Origin: Kofleriaceae bacterium
GTDB taxonomy: Bacteria > Myxococcota_A > Polyangia > Haliangiales > Haliangiaceae
Assembly: GCA_965215005.1 (NCBI GenBank)
Contig: CBDCCZ010000023.1
Span: 64,001 to 128,000 of the forward strand
DNA length: 64,000 nucleotides
Reading direction: 5' to 3'
Below, one piece after another: positions 50,965-62,124 of the stretch. A model generated the notes under the pieces. The model saw nothing but the letters and a program-made list of their open reading frames with translations. It had not been told where the DNA came from and did no database searches. Position numbers and translations under genes: made by a program. The stretch's first letter is position 1. Each line of letters starts with the position of its first letter.

Positions 50965-52740
50965 ATGGGAATGCAGCTTCGTTCGATTTGGCGACTGGCC
51001 GCCATCTTTAGCATTCCGGTGCTGGCTGTGGTCGCGAGCAACATGGCGGATCTTGAAGCTGGGCGCCGGCAGCACCGCGCGGAGCTGGCCGTGCTGGCGG
51101 CGGAGCAGGCAATCGGGGAGGCGAACCTACTGTTGCGACTCGCGCTCGACGCGGAGACGGGTGAGCGTGGATTTGTCATTTCGCACGACGAGGTGTTTCT
51201 CGAGCCTTACCTTGCCGGCACAGAACGCTTCGATGACGTGTATGTAGGGCTCGTCGCTCATGCAAGTAGTGAGGAGCAACGGCGTCGTCTCGGGCAGGGA
51301 CGGCGGCTGTTTGGCAATTGGCACAGCTCGGTGGCCGAGCCGGTGATTGCGCACACGCGCCACGGCGCGTTTGCGGAGGCGGAGGCGCTGGTGGCCAGTG
51401 GCGCAGGCAAGCGGCTCGTCGACCGCATGCGGGTGTTGATCGACGAGTTCATCGCCGCCGAGGAGGTTCAGCTGCGGCTGGTGCTCGAACAGGTGCAGCG
51501 AACTCGGCGCGTGGCGACTCTCACGCGGCTGGCCTCGGCCGCATTGGTGCTGGTGGCGCTGGGGCTGGCGTTCGTGACGGTGGTGCGATTTGCGCGTCGA
51601 GCCGCGGTGGTCGCCGACGCGGCGGCACGGCTAGCCGCTGGCGAACGAGGAACCCGAGTCACGATTTCCCACGATGACGAGGTTGCGGTGCTAGGCAGAG
51701 CGTTCAACGAGATGGCCACCGAGCTCGAGCGTCGCGCGCGCGAAGACGAGCATATCGGGCGGCTGCACGATGCGCTCCACGCATCGCTCAGCTTCGCGGA
51801 GGCCTCAGAGGCAATCCAGCAGCTCGCCCGCCACGTGTTCACCGGCGACTCAGGTCAAGTGTATCTACTGAGCGCGTCGCGCGATCAACTGCGCTGGCTC
51901 GCCGGCTGGGGTCCGCATGGCGAAGACGCGCGGCCGCCCTTGGCGCCTGAAGAGTGTTGGGCGCTGCGCCGCGGACGCGCCCACGTGCACACCGAATCCG
52001 GCGCTAGCCTCCGCTGCGCGCATCTGGAGGAATCCGCCGAGGCCACGATCTGCGTACCGCTAGCCGCGCACGGCGAGACGCTCGGGCTGCTCGTGATACG
52101 GCCACCGGCCGCCGACGCCGCTCGCATCGCCGCGCGCACGGAGGTCATGGCGGAGACGCTATCGATCTCGCTGGCGAACCTGCGGCTGCGGGAAGCCCTG
52201 CGCCACCAAGCGATGCGCGATCCACTCACCGACTGTTTCAATCGCCGCTTCATGGAGGAGACGCTGAATCGCGAGGTCGCGCGTGCGATGCGCACCAAGC
52301 GCGCTCTGGCGGTGCTGATGCTCGATGTCGATCACTTCAAGCGCTTCAACGATCGCTTCGGCCATCCCGGCGGCGATGCCGTGTTGCGTGACTTGGGCGC
52401 GTTGATGGGACGGACGTTCCGCGGCACCGACGTGGTGTGTCGCTATGGCGGTGAAGAGTTCGCGGTGATCTTGCCCGATTGCGATGCGGCGGCAGCAGCA
52501 ATGCGCGCGGAGGAGCTTCGGCAAGCGGTGCGTACTATGGTCGTGAACGTCGATGGCCGTCCGCTCGCCGCGGTGAGCATTTCGGTGGGCGTAGCCGAGC
52601 TTGCGGCTCACGACGTCAGCGGACCGAGATTGGTCGCTCGCGCCGACGAGGCGCTGTATCGCGCCAAACAGGCGGGACGTGACCGAGTGGTGCTCGCGGC
52701 AAGCGCGGTCGACGTTGCAGCGGTCGAGCAAGCGCACTGA
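50965..52740 (+). CDS. Diguanylate cyclase (CHASE3-HAMP-GAF-GGDEF)
   Basis: DAETGERGF..FLEPY (CHASE3), DEVAVLGRAFNEM (HAMP), CWALRRG (GAF), DPLT..NRR, DVDHFKRFND, RYGGEEF. Confidence 0.93.
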   Translation: MGMQLRSIWRLAAIFSIPVLAVVASNMADLEAGRRQHRAELAVLAAEQAIGEANLLLRLALDAETGERGFVISHDEVFLEPYLAGTERFDDVYVGLVAHASSEEQRRRLGQGRRLFGNWHSSVAEPVIAHTRHGAFAEAEALVASGAGKRLVDRMRVLIDEFIAAEEVQLRLVLEQVQRTRRVATLTRLASAALVLVALGLAFVTVVRFARRAAVVADAAARLAAGERGTRVTISHDDEVAVLGRAFNEMATELERRAREDEHIGRLHDALHASLSFAEASEAIQQLARHVFTGDSGQVYLLSASRDQLRWLAGWGPHGEDARPPLAPEECWALRRGRAHVHTESGASLRCAHLEESAEATICVPLAAHGETLGLLVIRPPAADAARIAARTEVMAETLSISLANLRLREALRHQAMRDPLTDCFNRRFMEETLNREVARAMRTKRALAVLMLDVDHFKRFNDRFGHPGGDAVLRDLGALMGRTFRGTDVVCRYGGEEFAVILPDCDAAAAAMRAEELRQAVRTMVVNVDGRPLAAVSISVGVAELAAHDVSGPRLVARADEALYRAKQAGRDRVVLAASAVDVAAVEQAH

Positions 52741-52800
52741 GCCGAGGCCGCTCTCGCCTCGCACAACACCCTAAGAAACGCAGCGCGCTCCCTGCGGCCG

Positions 52801-54018
52801 TTATTCCGAGGAACCCGCGGGTTGCGCTCCGCGGAGGCGGCGCAAACGCAGACGCAAATCGCTGCCCAGCGGCAAGGCGGGTTCATGGAATGAAAAGCGC
52901 GGAGCTTGCGCAAGGCTTGCGACCTCCGAGCCGCCGAGCCATGTCGGCCCGCCAGCGGCGCGACCGCCGAGCGCGAGTGGCGCCAGGTACAAGCACAGCT
53001 CATCGGCCAGGTCCGCGGCGATGAAGCTGGCGTGAGCTTCGGCGCCGCCTTCGACGAGAAGCGTGGTCACGCCAGCGGCCGCCAAACGGCTCACTAGGGC
53101 ATCGATCGCAACCCGGTCGTGGTGCGCCGGCAGCTGCCAGACTTCGGCGCCGGCATCTTCGAGGCGCCGGCGTGCCGCGCGATCGTCGCTGGTGGTGGCG
53201 ATGACGCAGCTGGCGTCGCTGGAGGTGTTTTGTGGGAGCAGCCGCGCGGTGGGCGGCGTCCGCAATCGCGAATCGAGCACCACGCGCAGCGGATCGCGCG
53301 TGCCCGAGCCGCGCGCGGTGAGCCGCGGATCATCGGCGAGCACGGTGCCGATACCAACGCAGATCGCGTCGAGCCGATCGCGCAGCAGGTGACCGTCGGC
53401 GCGCGCCTCGGCGCCGGTGATCCACTGCGACTCTCCCGAGCGCAGCGCGACGCGTCCATCGAGCGTGATCGCCGCCTTCAGCACGGTCCACGGGCGTCGC
53501 TCGCGCGCCCAGGTAAAGAAGCCGCGATTGAGCTCGACGCACTCGGACTCGAGCACGCCGGTGCAGACTTGCACGCCGTTGCTCGCCAGCCAGCGCGCGC
53601 CCCCGGAGTGCGACGCGATGGGATCGATGGCCCCGAGAACCACGCGCGCAAGGCCCGCGTCGAGCAGCCGCGGCGCGCACGGCTCGGTTCGCCGGCGCCC
53701 GGTGTGAGCACAGGGTTCGAGGTTGACGTAGAGCGTGCAGCCTGGTGCTCGGAAAGCGAGCTTGGCGAGGGCGTCGGCTTCCGCGTGCGGGTCGCCAGCG
53801 CGGCGGTGAAAGCCTTCTGCGATGACGTTGCCCGCGGGATCGACGACCACGGCACCGACCATTGGATTGGGCGCGGTGCGCCCCTCGGCGGCTCGTGCGA
53901 GCTCGATACAGCGCGCCATCATGGCTTCGTCAATGCGGTGGGCTGCATCATCACGTGGCACGTCACGACCGTCGCTAGAGCGTCGGCGGGGCCCGGCAGC
54001 TCGCTTCTTGAACCCCAT
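52801..54018 (-). CDS. ribD: Bifunctional diaminohydroxyphosphoribosylaminopyrimidine deaminase/reductase
   Basis: TAPNPMVG, HAE, LEPCAH..PC, SQWITG, VLADDPRL, VEGG. Confidence 0.96.
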   Translation of the reverse strand: MGFKKRAAGPRRRSSDGRDVPRDDAAHRIDEAMMARCIELARAAEGRTAPNPMVGAVVVDPAGNVIAEGFHRRAGDPHAEADALAKLAFRAPGCTLYVNLEPCAHTGRRRTEPCAPRLLDAGLARVVLGAIDPIASHSGGARWLASNGVQVCTGVLESECVELNRGFFTWARERRPWTVLKAAITLDGRVALRSGESQWITGAEARADGHLLRDRLDAICVGIGTVLADDPRLTARGSGTRDPLRVVLDSRLRTPPTARLLPQNTSSDASCVIATTSDDRAARRRLEDAGAEVWQLPAHHDRVAIDALVSRLAAAGVTTLLVEGGAEAHASFIAADLADELCLYLAPLALGGRAAGGPTWLGGSEVASLAQAPRFSFHEPALPLGSDLRLRLRRLRGAQPAGSSE

Positions 54019-54021
54019 CGA

Positions 54022-54474
54022 CTATTGCCGTTTCAAATCCGCCAGTTCTTTGACGAACTCGTCGATGTCGCGAAAGTCGCGGTAAATCGACGCGAAGCGG
54101 ACATACGCGACCTCATCGAGCGCTCGCAAACGCGGCAGCACCCGCTCACCGATATCGCGCGACCGCAGCTCTTTGACACCAAGCTCGGTGATCTCGCGCT
54201 CGATTTCCTCAGACAGCGCCTGCAGATCGTCAAAGGCCACCGGCCGCTTGGCGACGGCGTGCAGGAGCCCTTTGACGATCTTGTTGCGATCGAATGGCTC
54301 GCGGCTGCCGTCGGACTTGACCACCACGGGCAAGGCGTCCTCGATACGCTCATAGGTCGTGAAGCGACGATCGCAGGAGATGCATTCGCGGCGTCGGCGA
54401 ATTTCGCGGCCCTCTTTGGACTGCCGCGAATCGATGACCTTGTCTTCCATCGCGCCGCAAAATGGGCAGCGCAC
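54022..54474 (-). CDS. nrdR: Transcriptional repressor NrdR
   Basis: [34 protein letters not shown]. Confidence 0.97.
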   Translation of the reverse strand: MRCPFCGAMEDKVIDSRQSKEGREIRRRRECISCDRRFTTYERIEDALPVVVKSDGSREPFDRNKIVKGLLHAVAKRPVAFDDLQALSEEIEREITELGVKELRSRDIGERVLPRLRALDEVAYVRFASIYRDFRDIDEFVKELADLKRQ

Positions 54475-55011
54475 TTAATCTCGCTCGCCCGACTCCGAGC
54501 CTGGTGACGCGCTGGCCTCACCGCTCGCGCTACTCGCGGGCTGCTCGACGTGGCTATCGACGCCGCTACGGCTCTCGAGCGCCATCATCTTGCTGATGCG
54601 CCGCTCGTGGCGACCGCCCTCGAACTTGGTGTCGCGAAACACGCGCAGCGCCGACTCTGCGACCCCCGGGCCGATGACGCGCGCGCCCACGCAGAGCACA
54701 TTGGCGTCGTTGTGAGCGCGGGCTGCTTGCGCGGTGAAGGCATCGGTCACCAGCGCCGCACGAGCGCCAGCAACCTTGTTGGCGGCCATGCAGATGCCGA
54801 TGCCAGTACCGCACACCAACAGCCCGCGAGCGTTGCCATCGGAGGCGACGACGCGCCGCGCTACCTTGGCGCCGAAGTCGGGATAGTCGACGGATCCTTC
54901 CTCGCCGTCAGTGCCGATATCGACGACGTCATCGCCGATCTCGCGCAGACGCTTTACCAAGTAGTCCTTGAGCTTGTAGCCAGCGTGATCTGAGCCCGCG
55001 TACCACTTCAT
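54475..55011 (-). CDS. rpiB: Ribose-5-phosphate isomerase B
   Basis: GSDHAG, VDYPD, CGTGIG, HNDANVL, FEGGRH. Confidence 0.97.
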   Translation of the reverse strand: MKWYAGSDHAGYKLKDYLVKRLREIGDDVVDIGTDGEEGSVDYPDFGAKVARRVVASDGNARGLLVCGTGIGICMAANKVAGARAALVTDAFTAQAARAHNDANVLCVGARVIGPGVAESALRVFRDTKFEGGRHERRISKMMALESRSGVDSHVEQPASSASGEASASPGSESGERD

Positions 55012-55013
55012 CG

Positions 55014-56261
55014 TCAGTCTCCCTGATAACGACGCAGAACCAGCGTCGCGTTGGTGCCACCGAAGCCAAACGAGTTGGACAGTGCAACGTCGACACGGGC
55101 GTCGCGCGCCTCATTTGGAACGACGTCGAGCTCACACTCGGGGTCCGCCGTGGCGTAATTGATGGTCGGCGGCAACACGTTGCGCTCGATGGCCAGAGCG
55201 CAAACCGCCGCTTCGACGCCGCCGGCGGCTCCCAGCATGTGACCGGTGCACGACTTGGTCGACGAAACCGGCAGCGATCGGCCGCCAAACACCGCCTGCA
55301 CGGCAGCCGCCTCGTTCTTATCGTTGAACGGCGTCGAGGTGCCGTGCGCATTGATGTAGCCGACTTCGCTCGGAGCCATGCGCGCGTCGGCTAGCGCCCG
55401 CTTCATACAGCGCTGCGCGCCGAGATGATCGGGCGCGGGCGCGGTGATGTGATGGGCATCGGACGTGGCGGCATAGCCGATGACCTCGCTATAGATATGG
55501 GCGCCGCGCTGCTTGGCGTGCTCGAGCTCTTCGAGCACCACGATACCGGCGCCTTCGGCGATGACGAAGCCGTCGCGGTCGCGGTCGAAGGGGCGGCTGG
55601 CCTGCTCCGGCGCCTCATTGCGAGTCGAGAGCGCTCGCATCGCATTGAAGCCGCCAACGCCGAGCACGCTGATGGTCGACTCGGTACCGCCAGCGAGCAT
55701 CGCGGTAGCTTCGCCCCAGCGGATCAGTCGCGCCGCCTCGCCAATCGCGTGCGCCCCGGTGGAGCACGCCGAAACGTGTGAGAGGTTGGGCCCGCGGGCG
55801 CCGGTTCGAATCGACAGCAGCCCGGGCGCCATATTGATGATGATGTCGGTGACGAAGTACGGCGAGAAGCCGTGCCGCGGGCCCTTTTCACGAACCCGCA
55901 GGTGCGTGCTCTCGATGGTCGCCACGCCACCGAGTCCGGCCCCCACGTAGACGCCCCAGTCATCCTCTTGCCCCTCGGGAACCCGATGATCGGCAAACCC
56001 CGCATCTTCCATGGCCATCAGCCCGGCCGCTACACCGTACTGCAAGAACAGGTCTAGATGTTTGATTTCGCGCTTATCGATATACGAGGTGGGATCGAAC
56101 CCTTTTACCTCGCACGCGAACTTGGTGGCATAGTCCGAGACGTCAAAGCGGGTGATGGGCGCTGCCCCGCTCTTGCCTGCAACGAGACCGTGCCACGTCT
56201 CTTCCAGATTGTTGCCCACCGGGGTGAGAAGCCCGATTCCGGTGATGACGACACGGCGCAT
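55014..56261 (-). CDS. fabF: 3-oxoacyl-ACP synthase II
   Basis: [42 protein letters not shown]. Confidence 0.97.
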   Translation of the reverse strand: MRRVVITGIGLLTPVGNNLEETWHGLVAGKSGAAPITRFDVSDYATKFACEVKGFDPTSYIDKREIKHLDLFLQYGVAAGLMAMEDAGFADHRVPEGQEDDWGVYVGAGLGGVATIESTHLRVREKGPRHGFSPYFVTDIIINMAPGLLSIRTGARGPNLSHVSACSTGAHAIGEAARLIRWGEATAMLAGGTESTISVLGVGGFNAMRALSTRNEAPEQASRPFDRDRDGFVIAEGAGIVVLEELEHAKQRGAHIYSEVIGYAATSDAHHITAPAPDHLGAQRCMKRALADARMAPSEVGYINAHGTSTPFNDKNEAAAVQAVFGGRSLPVSSTKSCTGHMLGAAGGVEAAVCALAIERNVLPPTINYATADPECELDVVPNEARDARVDVALSNSFGFGGTNATLVLRRYQGD

Positions 56262-56435
56262 GCGCAGTTCCTCGGCAAGCGATGGGCGCGCTCGGAGCTC
56301 AGCCGCGAGCGCTCGTCGGCGTCGTGCTCATGGGCTAGCGAGGCGCAGGCAGGAATGAGCGGACCGCTTCCCGCTGCTGGCCCTCGCCAAGCCGTCGAGC
56401 GCGACGAAGGTGTTCATTGACCGTCGCGAATGTGC

Positions 56436-56675
56436 CTAGGTGTGGGTCTTGACGTAGTCCGTGGCGTCTTTGACGGTTTTGATCTGCTCGGTGTCCTCGT
56501 CGGGAATCTCGATATTGAACTCCTGCTCGAGCGCCAGGACGAGCTCGACCACCGCGAGCGAGTCTGCTTTGAGGTCATCGACGAACGAAGCGCTCGGCTT
56601 GAGCTGCTCTTCGGAGACCTCGAGCTGCTGGCAAATGAGCTCTTTGACCTTGGCTTCCTTTTCCTCTGGAGACAT
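56436..56675 (-). CDS. acpP: Acyl carrier protein
   Basis: [28 protein letters not shown]. Confidence 0.96.
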   Translation of the reverse strand: MSPEEKEAKVKELICQQLEVSEEQLKPSASFVDDLKADSLAVVELVLALEQEFNIEIPDEDTEQIKTVKDATDYVKTHT

Positions 56676-56713
56676 GGCTTTGATTCCTTTCGAGCGGTGC
56701 CGTTGCACCGTGA

Positions 56714-57478
56714 CTACATGAGCATCCCGCCGTTGACGCGGAGCACCTGACCGGTGATGTACCCTGCCTCAGGTCCCGCGAGGAAAGCAACCGCGTCGGC
56801 CACTTCGGCAGCCTCGCCGATGCGGCCGAGCGGGATCTCGCCGGTGAGCTTGGCGCGCTGCTCTGGCGGCAAATGCTGCTCGGTCATATCGGTCTCGATG
56901 AAACCGGGGGCGACGGCATTGACGCACACGCCACGGCCGGCGAGCTCGCGCGCGAGCGACTTGGTGAGACCGATGAGCCCCGCCTTGCTCGCCGCGTAGG
57001 CCGCTTGTCCAGCGTTTCCCATCTCACCGACCACCGAGGTGACGTTGATGATTCGACCGCGACTCTTGGCGCGCAGCAAGTGGCTGGCCGCCGCGCGCGA
57101 CACGAAAAATGCGCCCGCCAGGTTCACGTCGAGCGTTCGCGCCCATTGCTCATCCTTGAAACGCAGCAATAGGCCGTTGATAGCAACCCCAGCGTTGTTG
57201 ACGACGATGTCGAGGCTGCCGTGGTCCTTGGCAATGGCCTTGATCGCTGTGTTTACCGCCTCGGAATCGGCCACGTCGAAACCAACGATGATCGCGCGGC
57301 CGCCGGCCGCTTCGACCTGCTCCGCGGTCTGCTTTGCAGCGTCCTGGCGAGCGGCGTAATTGACGATCACAGTGGCGCCGCGACGGCCAAGCGCTTCGCA
57401 GATCGCCCGGCCAATGCCGCGCGAGCCGCCCGTGACCAATGCGACTTGTCCTTCGAGAGCTCGATCGACGATTGCCAT
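56714..57478 (-). CDS. fabG: 3-oxoacyl-ACP reductase
   Basis: [26 protein letters not shown]. Confidence 0.96.
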   Translation of the reverse strand: MAIVDRALEGQVALVTGGSRGIGRAICEALGRRGATVIVNYAARQDAAKQTAEQVEAAGGRAIIVGFDVADSEAVNTAIKAIAKDHGSLDIVVNNAGVAINGLLLRFKDEQWARTLDVNLAGAFFVSRAAASHLLRAKSRGRIINVTSVVGEMGNAGQAAYAASKAGLIGLTKSLARELAGRGVCVNAVAPGFIETDMTEQHLPPEQRAKLTGEIPLGRIGEAAEVADAVAFLAGPEAGYITGQVLRVNGGMLM

Positions 57479-58404
57479 TACGATTCCTCCGACGCGCGCA
57501 CGTGCTCGGGCTCGGCTACGCAGTGAACGGCGATGGCCGGCGCGATCCGACGCACGAGGCCACGCAAGACTTGCCCAGCACCCAGCTCGTAGGCGCGCCC
57601 GACACCGAGCCGTTCGAGGGTTTGAACCGATTCTTCCCAGCGCACCGGGTGGGTAACCTGCTCGACTAGCAGCCCCTTGACCCGCGCCGCGTCTTGATTG
57701 GGCTGGGCGTCGACGTTGGCCACCACTGGAAACTCGAGTGGACGCACGTCGATCGACTCGAGCGCGGCCGCAAGCGCCACGGCTGCAGGCTGCATGAGCG
57801 AGCAATGAAACGGCGCCGATACCGCCAGTTTGACTGCCCGTTTGACGCCAAACTCTTTCGCTCTAGCCACCGCCGCATCGATCGCGTCGAGGTGGCCAGA
57901 GATGACGATTTGCCCGCCGCCGTTGAGATTGGCGGGCGCGCACGCCAGCTCCCCGCGAACCGCCTCGCACAGCGCCGCCGCACCGGCAGCATCTACCCCC
58001 ATCAACGCCGCCATGCCGCCCTGCCCGGCCGCCACGGCCTCTTGCATGGCGTTGCCGCGCAGCCGCACCAGTCGCACCGCATCGACGAAGTCCAGCGCGC
58101 CAGCCGCGACCAACGCGGAAAATTCGCCCAGCGAGTGGCCGGCAGCGACCGCCGCCGTCACGCCGGTTTCGGCAGCCCAAACCCGCCACGCCGCGATTGA
58201 GGTGGTGAGGATGGCCGGCTGCGTGGTCGCGGTCAGCGTCAGCCGCTCCGCAGGCCCTTCGAAGCAAACGGTGGAGAGCGCGTAGCCGAGCGCTTCGTCG
58301 GCTTCTTCGAAGGTGCGGCGCGCGACGGGAAACTCGCTGGCGAGTGCCTTGCCCATCCCGATCGTTTGCGATCCCTGGCCGGGAAACAAAAGAGCGGTCT
58401 TCAT
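57478..58404 (-). CDS. fabD: Malonyl-CoA:ACP transacylase
   Basis: [22 protein letters not shown]. Confidence 0.97.
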   Translation of the reverse strand: MKTALLFPGQGSQTIGMGKALASEFPVARRTFEEADEALGYALSTVCFEGPAERLTLTATTQPAILTTSIAAWRVWAAETGVTAAVAAGHSLGEFSALVAAGALDFVDAVRLVRLRGNAMQEAVAAGQGGMAALMGVDAAGAAALCEAVRGELACAPANLNGGGQIVISGHLDAIDAAVARAKEFGVKRAVKLAVSAPFHCSLMQPAAVALAAALESIDVRPLEFPVVANVDAQPNQDAARVKGLLVEQVTHPVRWEESVQTLERLGVGRAYELGAGQVLRGLVRRIAPAIAVHCVAEPEHVRASEES

Positions 58405-58416
58405 GCGGCCCCTATA

Positions 58417-59475
58417 TCACGCGGAGCCGCTCGCGGTGACGTCGGGGGCTTGCCAAAGTCGGGGCTGGCGCGCGATCGCTGCGCCGAGCTCCGCCGTGAG
58501 GCCGGCACGCACGAAACGATCGGCGCCTTTGATGGCATTCTTGATGGCGTTGAGATCGCTGCGGCCGTGACAGATGCTCACTACGCCATCGACGCCGACG
58601 AGCAGCGCGCCGCCGACCTCGGCGTAGTCGATGCGCTTGGCGACGTCGTTGAGCGCGGGGCGGATGAGCGCGGCGCCAAGCTTGCCGCGGGCACTGCGAT
58701 CGAGGGATGCAGCGACCATTCGCAACATCGCCTCGGCCATGCCTTCGGCCAGCTTGAGCACGACGTTGCCGGTAAATCCGTCGGTCGCCACCACGTCGAC
58801 GTCGCCGCTCCATAACGCCGAGCCCTCGATGTAGCCGCGATAGTCGAAGGCGGCACCATCGACCGCGGCGGCGTGGCGAAGCAGCTGATCGGCGACGCGG
58901 GTGATGGCGGTGCCTTTTTTCGCTTCGGTGCCGTTGGCGAGGATGGCCACGCGCGGCCGCGGGCGGCGATGGACGACGCGGTCGTAGCACGCGCCGAAGA
59001 CGCCGAACTGCGCGAGCATCGAGGGCTTGATGTCGACGTTGGCGCCGACATCACAGAGCACCAGCGAGCGCACCGGCGTAGGCAGAACCGTGATGATGGC
59101 CGGGCGCTCGACGCCGGGAAGCCGGCCGAGCACGAAGATGCCGTGCGCGAGAACCGCCCCGGAATTACCGGCGGAAACCACCGCATCGGCCGCGCCGCCC
59201 TTTACGAGCTCGAACGCGATGCGCAGCGAGGAGTCGCGTTTGTCGCGGAAGGCGCGCCCAGGAGCATCATCGCCGCCGATGACTTGACTGGCGTGTCGCA
59301 CGCGGACGCGGTCGCCGGTGCGGGCACCGAGGGTTTGCAACTCCTGGCGCAGCCGCGGCTCATCGCCAACCAGAACCACCTCGGCAGGGCTTTCGCGCAC
59401 GGCGGCGAGGGCACCGGCGACCTCGGGCATAGGCGCGTCGTCGCTGCCCATCGCGTCCAAGGCAATGACGGTCAT
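58417..59475 (-). CDS. plsX: Phosphate acyltransferase
   Basis: IALDAMG, SAGNSGA, DVGAN, TDGFTGNVVLK, CHGRS. Confidence 0.96.
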   Translation of the reverse strand: MTVIALDAMGSDDAPMPEVAGALAAVRESPAEVVLVGDEPRLRQELQTLGARTGDRVRVRHASQVIGGDDAPGRAFRDKRDSSLRIAFELVKGGAADAVVSAGNSGAVLAHGIFVLGRLPGVERPAIITVLPTPVRSLVLCDVGANVDIKPSMLAQFGVFGACYDRVVHRRPRPRVAILANGTEAKKGTAITRVADQLLRHAAAVDGAAFDYRGYIEGSALWSGDVDVVATDGFTGNVVLKLAEGMAEAMLRMVAASLDRSARGKLGAALIRPALNDVAKRIDYAEVGGALLVGVDGVVSICHGRSDLNAIKNAIKGADRFVRAGLTAELGAAIARQPRLWQAPDVTASGSA

Positions 59476-59661
59476 CGCGCCGCAGGGTCGCGCCAGCGCC
59501 AGCGGCTGTCCAGCACTGGATGGCTAAATCCTCTACACCATCGCATTGGCGCCGGCGTTGCCGCATCGCGCAACGCGCGGTCGCTTTCGCCGCACCTGCC
59601 GAAAACGACGACACCGCCGGCTCAGCGCCCCGGCGGCTGATCGCCTCAGCGGTGGTGGAAG

Positions 59662-59865
59662 CTATTCTTCGTCGGCGCCGGCGCCCATTTCGGCGACGAC
59701 GCGGTCTTTATAGAAGCCGCAGCTCATGCACACGCGATGCGGTATGCGCGGCTCGCCGCAGTTGGTGCAGCTCGACGCGGTGACTTTTTTGAAGGCATTG
59801 CGCATCCACGAGGAACGGCGGTGGTGGATGCGGGCGGGGCCCATGCGGCGTTTCTGAAGGGGCAT
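59662..59865 (-). CDS. rpmF: 50S ribosomal protein L32
   Basis: CTNCGEPRIPHRVCMSCGFYK; between yceD and plsX. Confidence 0.93.
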   Translation of the reverse strand: MPLQKRRMGPARIHHRRSSWMRNAFKKVTASSCTNCGEPRIPHRVCMSCGFYKDRVVAEMGAGADEE

Positions 59866-59877
59866 GTCGAACTCCTG

Positions 59878-60456
59878 CTAGACCTTGAAGTCTTTCAGTG
59901 CGGCGAGGCGCGGATCTATCACTGCACGGTCGCACTCGCAAGCGCTGTCGTTGAGATTGGTGCCGCATTTGGGACAAAGCCCCGCGCACGCATCGCTGCA
60001 AACGGCCGCGAACGGCATCGCGAGCACTAGCTGCTCGCGGAATAGCGGCTCGAGGTCGACCCGCTCACCGTCATAGGGATATACATCGAGATCGTCAGCG
60101 GCGACCTCGACCTCGTCCTCTTCGGAGGGGTCGACGTCTGCAGGCATCGACGCCGCCGGCATATAAGTCACCGCGAGAGGCTCGTCCACGCCAACCCGCA
60201 CCACCGACAAGCAGCGGCTACAGGCAATCTCGAAGTGGCCGCGAAACGAGCCACGGACGAAGACGTTGGCGTCGTCGGCGTGCAGCTCGACCTCCGCGGT
60301 TGCGGCCCCCGCCTCGGCGTCGTCTTCGGGCCGATCGAGGGCATCCCGCAGGGTCATCCCCTGGAGTGCCTCCCGTACGAACCTCGCATCGAGCTCAAAC
60401 GTGCGCTCGGTAGGCAGCTCGGTAACGCGAACCGTATAGGCAGTGTCTTGCTTCAT
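59878..60456 (-). CDS. yceD: DUF177/YceD family protein
   Basis: CSRCL, C..DCAGLCPKCG.NLN...C.C..IDPR.AAL. Confidence 0.92.
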   Translation of the reverse strand: MKQDTAYTVRVTELPTERTFELDARFVREALQGMTLRDALDRPEDDAEAGAATAEVELHADDANVFVRGSFRGHFEIACSRCLSVVRVGVDEPLAVTYMPAASMPADVDPSEEDEVEVAADDLDVYPYDGERVDLEPLFREQLVLAMPFAAVCSDACAGLCPKCGTNLNDSACECDRAVIDPRLAALKDFKV

Positions 60457-60543
60457 GAGAAACGAAGGGCAAGAGTATGGGGAGCCCTCCTGGCGCTGTC
60501 AAGATGCGCCGCTTCTTGTCGCTGACCAAGCACTGCCTCGCGC

Positions 60544-62124
60544 TCACTCCGTCGCGCCCGCGATCGCCGAGCCACCCACCGTGAGCAGTGCCGCGAGATC
60601 CTCGTCGTTGAAGCGCAACATCGCGCCCAAGAAGTAATCGCGACCGAAGCGAAACTTCTCGAACGAGATGGGGATGTCGAAGTTCCCGGTGTCGATGACC
60701 AACTCGTCGGGCTCGTTGAGCGCTTCGTCGACGCCGCCCAAGATGTAGAGGTTGCGAAACACCTCGAAGGCGCCGCTCATCTTGAGCCGCGGCAGTTGAT
60801 CGAAGCTGGCATCGAAGACATCGACCGAAAATCGCAGCGATCGCTCCCACCAGCGCCGCTCGAGGTCCATGCCGACACCACCCGTCGATTCCTTCATTCC
60901 ATAGCGGAACGTGGCCCACCCGAGCCGCTTGGCGATCTGAAAGGTGTAGCGAGTCTCGTCTTGAATCGTGGCGCGACGAATCCACTGATCGCGATCGATG
61001 GTTGGATCGTAGACCAAGGTGACCTCGGGGAAGCCGCCTCGCGGGCCGCGCTCGAACTCGATGAGATAGTACTTGTCCGGCCGCGTGTGCAGCTCGATGG
61101 ACACATAGTGCCGCGCCAGTCGCGCGAAGACGTTGTACTCGCTGCGCAGCCCCACGTAGGTCTGCATGCCGAAGAGCCCCCCGAGGAAACCTTTCGCGTC
61201 CTCCGTGATCTCCTCGACGTTGTCGGCGATGGTCGGGTCGTTGACGAGCCGACCAAGGGTGCCCTGATCATCGTCAATCTTGCGCGTGATCGATTCGGTG
61301 TTGACGAGCACGTCGTCTACCAGGTCGAGCTTCTCGCGGACTTTTTCGCCGGTGACCTCGACCTCTTCGCGCGCCGTGACCACCAGCGTGCGGGCTTCGG
61401 CAGAGGCTTGGTCGAGGTTCTCGAGGATCCGCAGCACCTTATCGTCGGCGGTCGAGGTGACTGAGCGAATGTCGGCGGTGATTCGTTCGATGCGCTCCAG
61501 CGACACCGAGGCGCTCTGGAGAATGTCGCTCACGGTCTCTGCCTCGCTCTGCACCAGATCGTCGATGCGGTTGGCGGTGGAGGAAAGCGGGCCGTTGACC
61601 ACGCGCCGCAGGTCCTCGGACAAATCGCGCACCGATAACAGCACCGCGTCAACGTTGGGCAGCGTCTGGTCCATACGGCGCATCAGCTCATCGACGGAGG
61701 TTGCTTCGACAACCGTTGGCACCTGCTCACCGCTCTCAAGCCGTTGGTTTTGCACCGTTACACCGGCCGCATTGACGCTCTCGGGTGAGCCTGGGTCGAG
61801 CTCTAGGTAGTAGTCGCCGAGCAGCGACGACGATTTTTTGTAGACGACGGCATTGTCGTAAATCGGCACGTCATCACGGAGCTGAAACTTCACGCGCGCG
61901 TAACGGCCGGCGATCTCGAGGTCACTGATCTCCCCCACGGGAAGCCCCGCGACCACCACCCGTGAGCCTTGCGGCAAGCCAGAGGCGTCGCGAAACTTGC
62001 CCCAGAGCGCGTAGTCACTCGAGCCGCTGGGACTGGTTCCCAGGCTGCTGTACACGACCCAGCCGCCGACCACGACCAAGACGACCAAGATGGCGACCTT
62101 GACGCCCTGCGAAAGATGCTTCAC
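60544..62124 (-). CDS. mlaD: MCE/MlaD protein with long helical region and beta-rich C-terminal domain
   Basis: N-terminal TM; FRDASGL..GSRV..AGLPVGEI; SLLGDYYLELDPG; GTLGRLVND. Confidence 0.85.
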   Translation of the reverse strand: MKHLSQGVKVAILVVLVVVGGWVVYSSLGTSPSGSSDYALWGKFRDASGLPQGSRVVVAGLPVGEISDLEIAGRYARVKFQLRDDVPIYDNAVVYKKSSSLLGDYYLELDPGSPESVNAAGVTVQNQRLESGEQVPTVVEATSVDELMRRMDQTLPNVDAVLLSVRDLSEDLRRVVNGPLSSTANRIDDLVQSEAETVSDILQSASVSLERIERITADIRSVTSTADDKVLRILENLDQASAEARTLVVTAREEVEVTGEKVREKLDLVDDVLVNTESITRKIDDDQGTLGRLVNDPTIADNVEEITEDAKGFLGGLFGMQTYVGLRSEYNVFARLARHYVSIELHTRPDKYYLIEFERGPRGGFPEVTLVYDPTIDRDQWIRRATIQDETRYTFQIAKRLGWATFRYGMKESTGGVGMDLERRWWERSLRFSVDVFDASFDQLPRLKMSGAFEVFRNLYILGGVDEALNEPDELVIDTGNFDIPISFEKFRFGRDYFLGAMLRFNDEDLAALLTVGGSAIAGATE

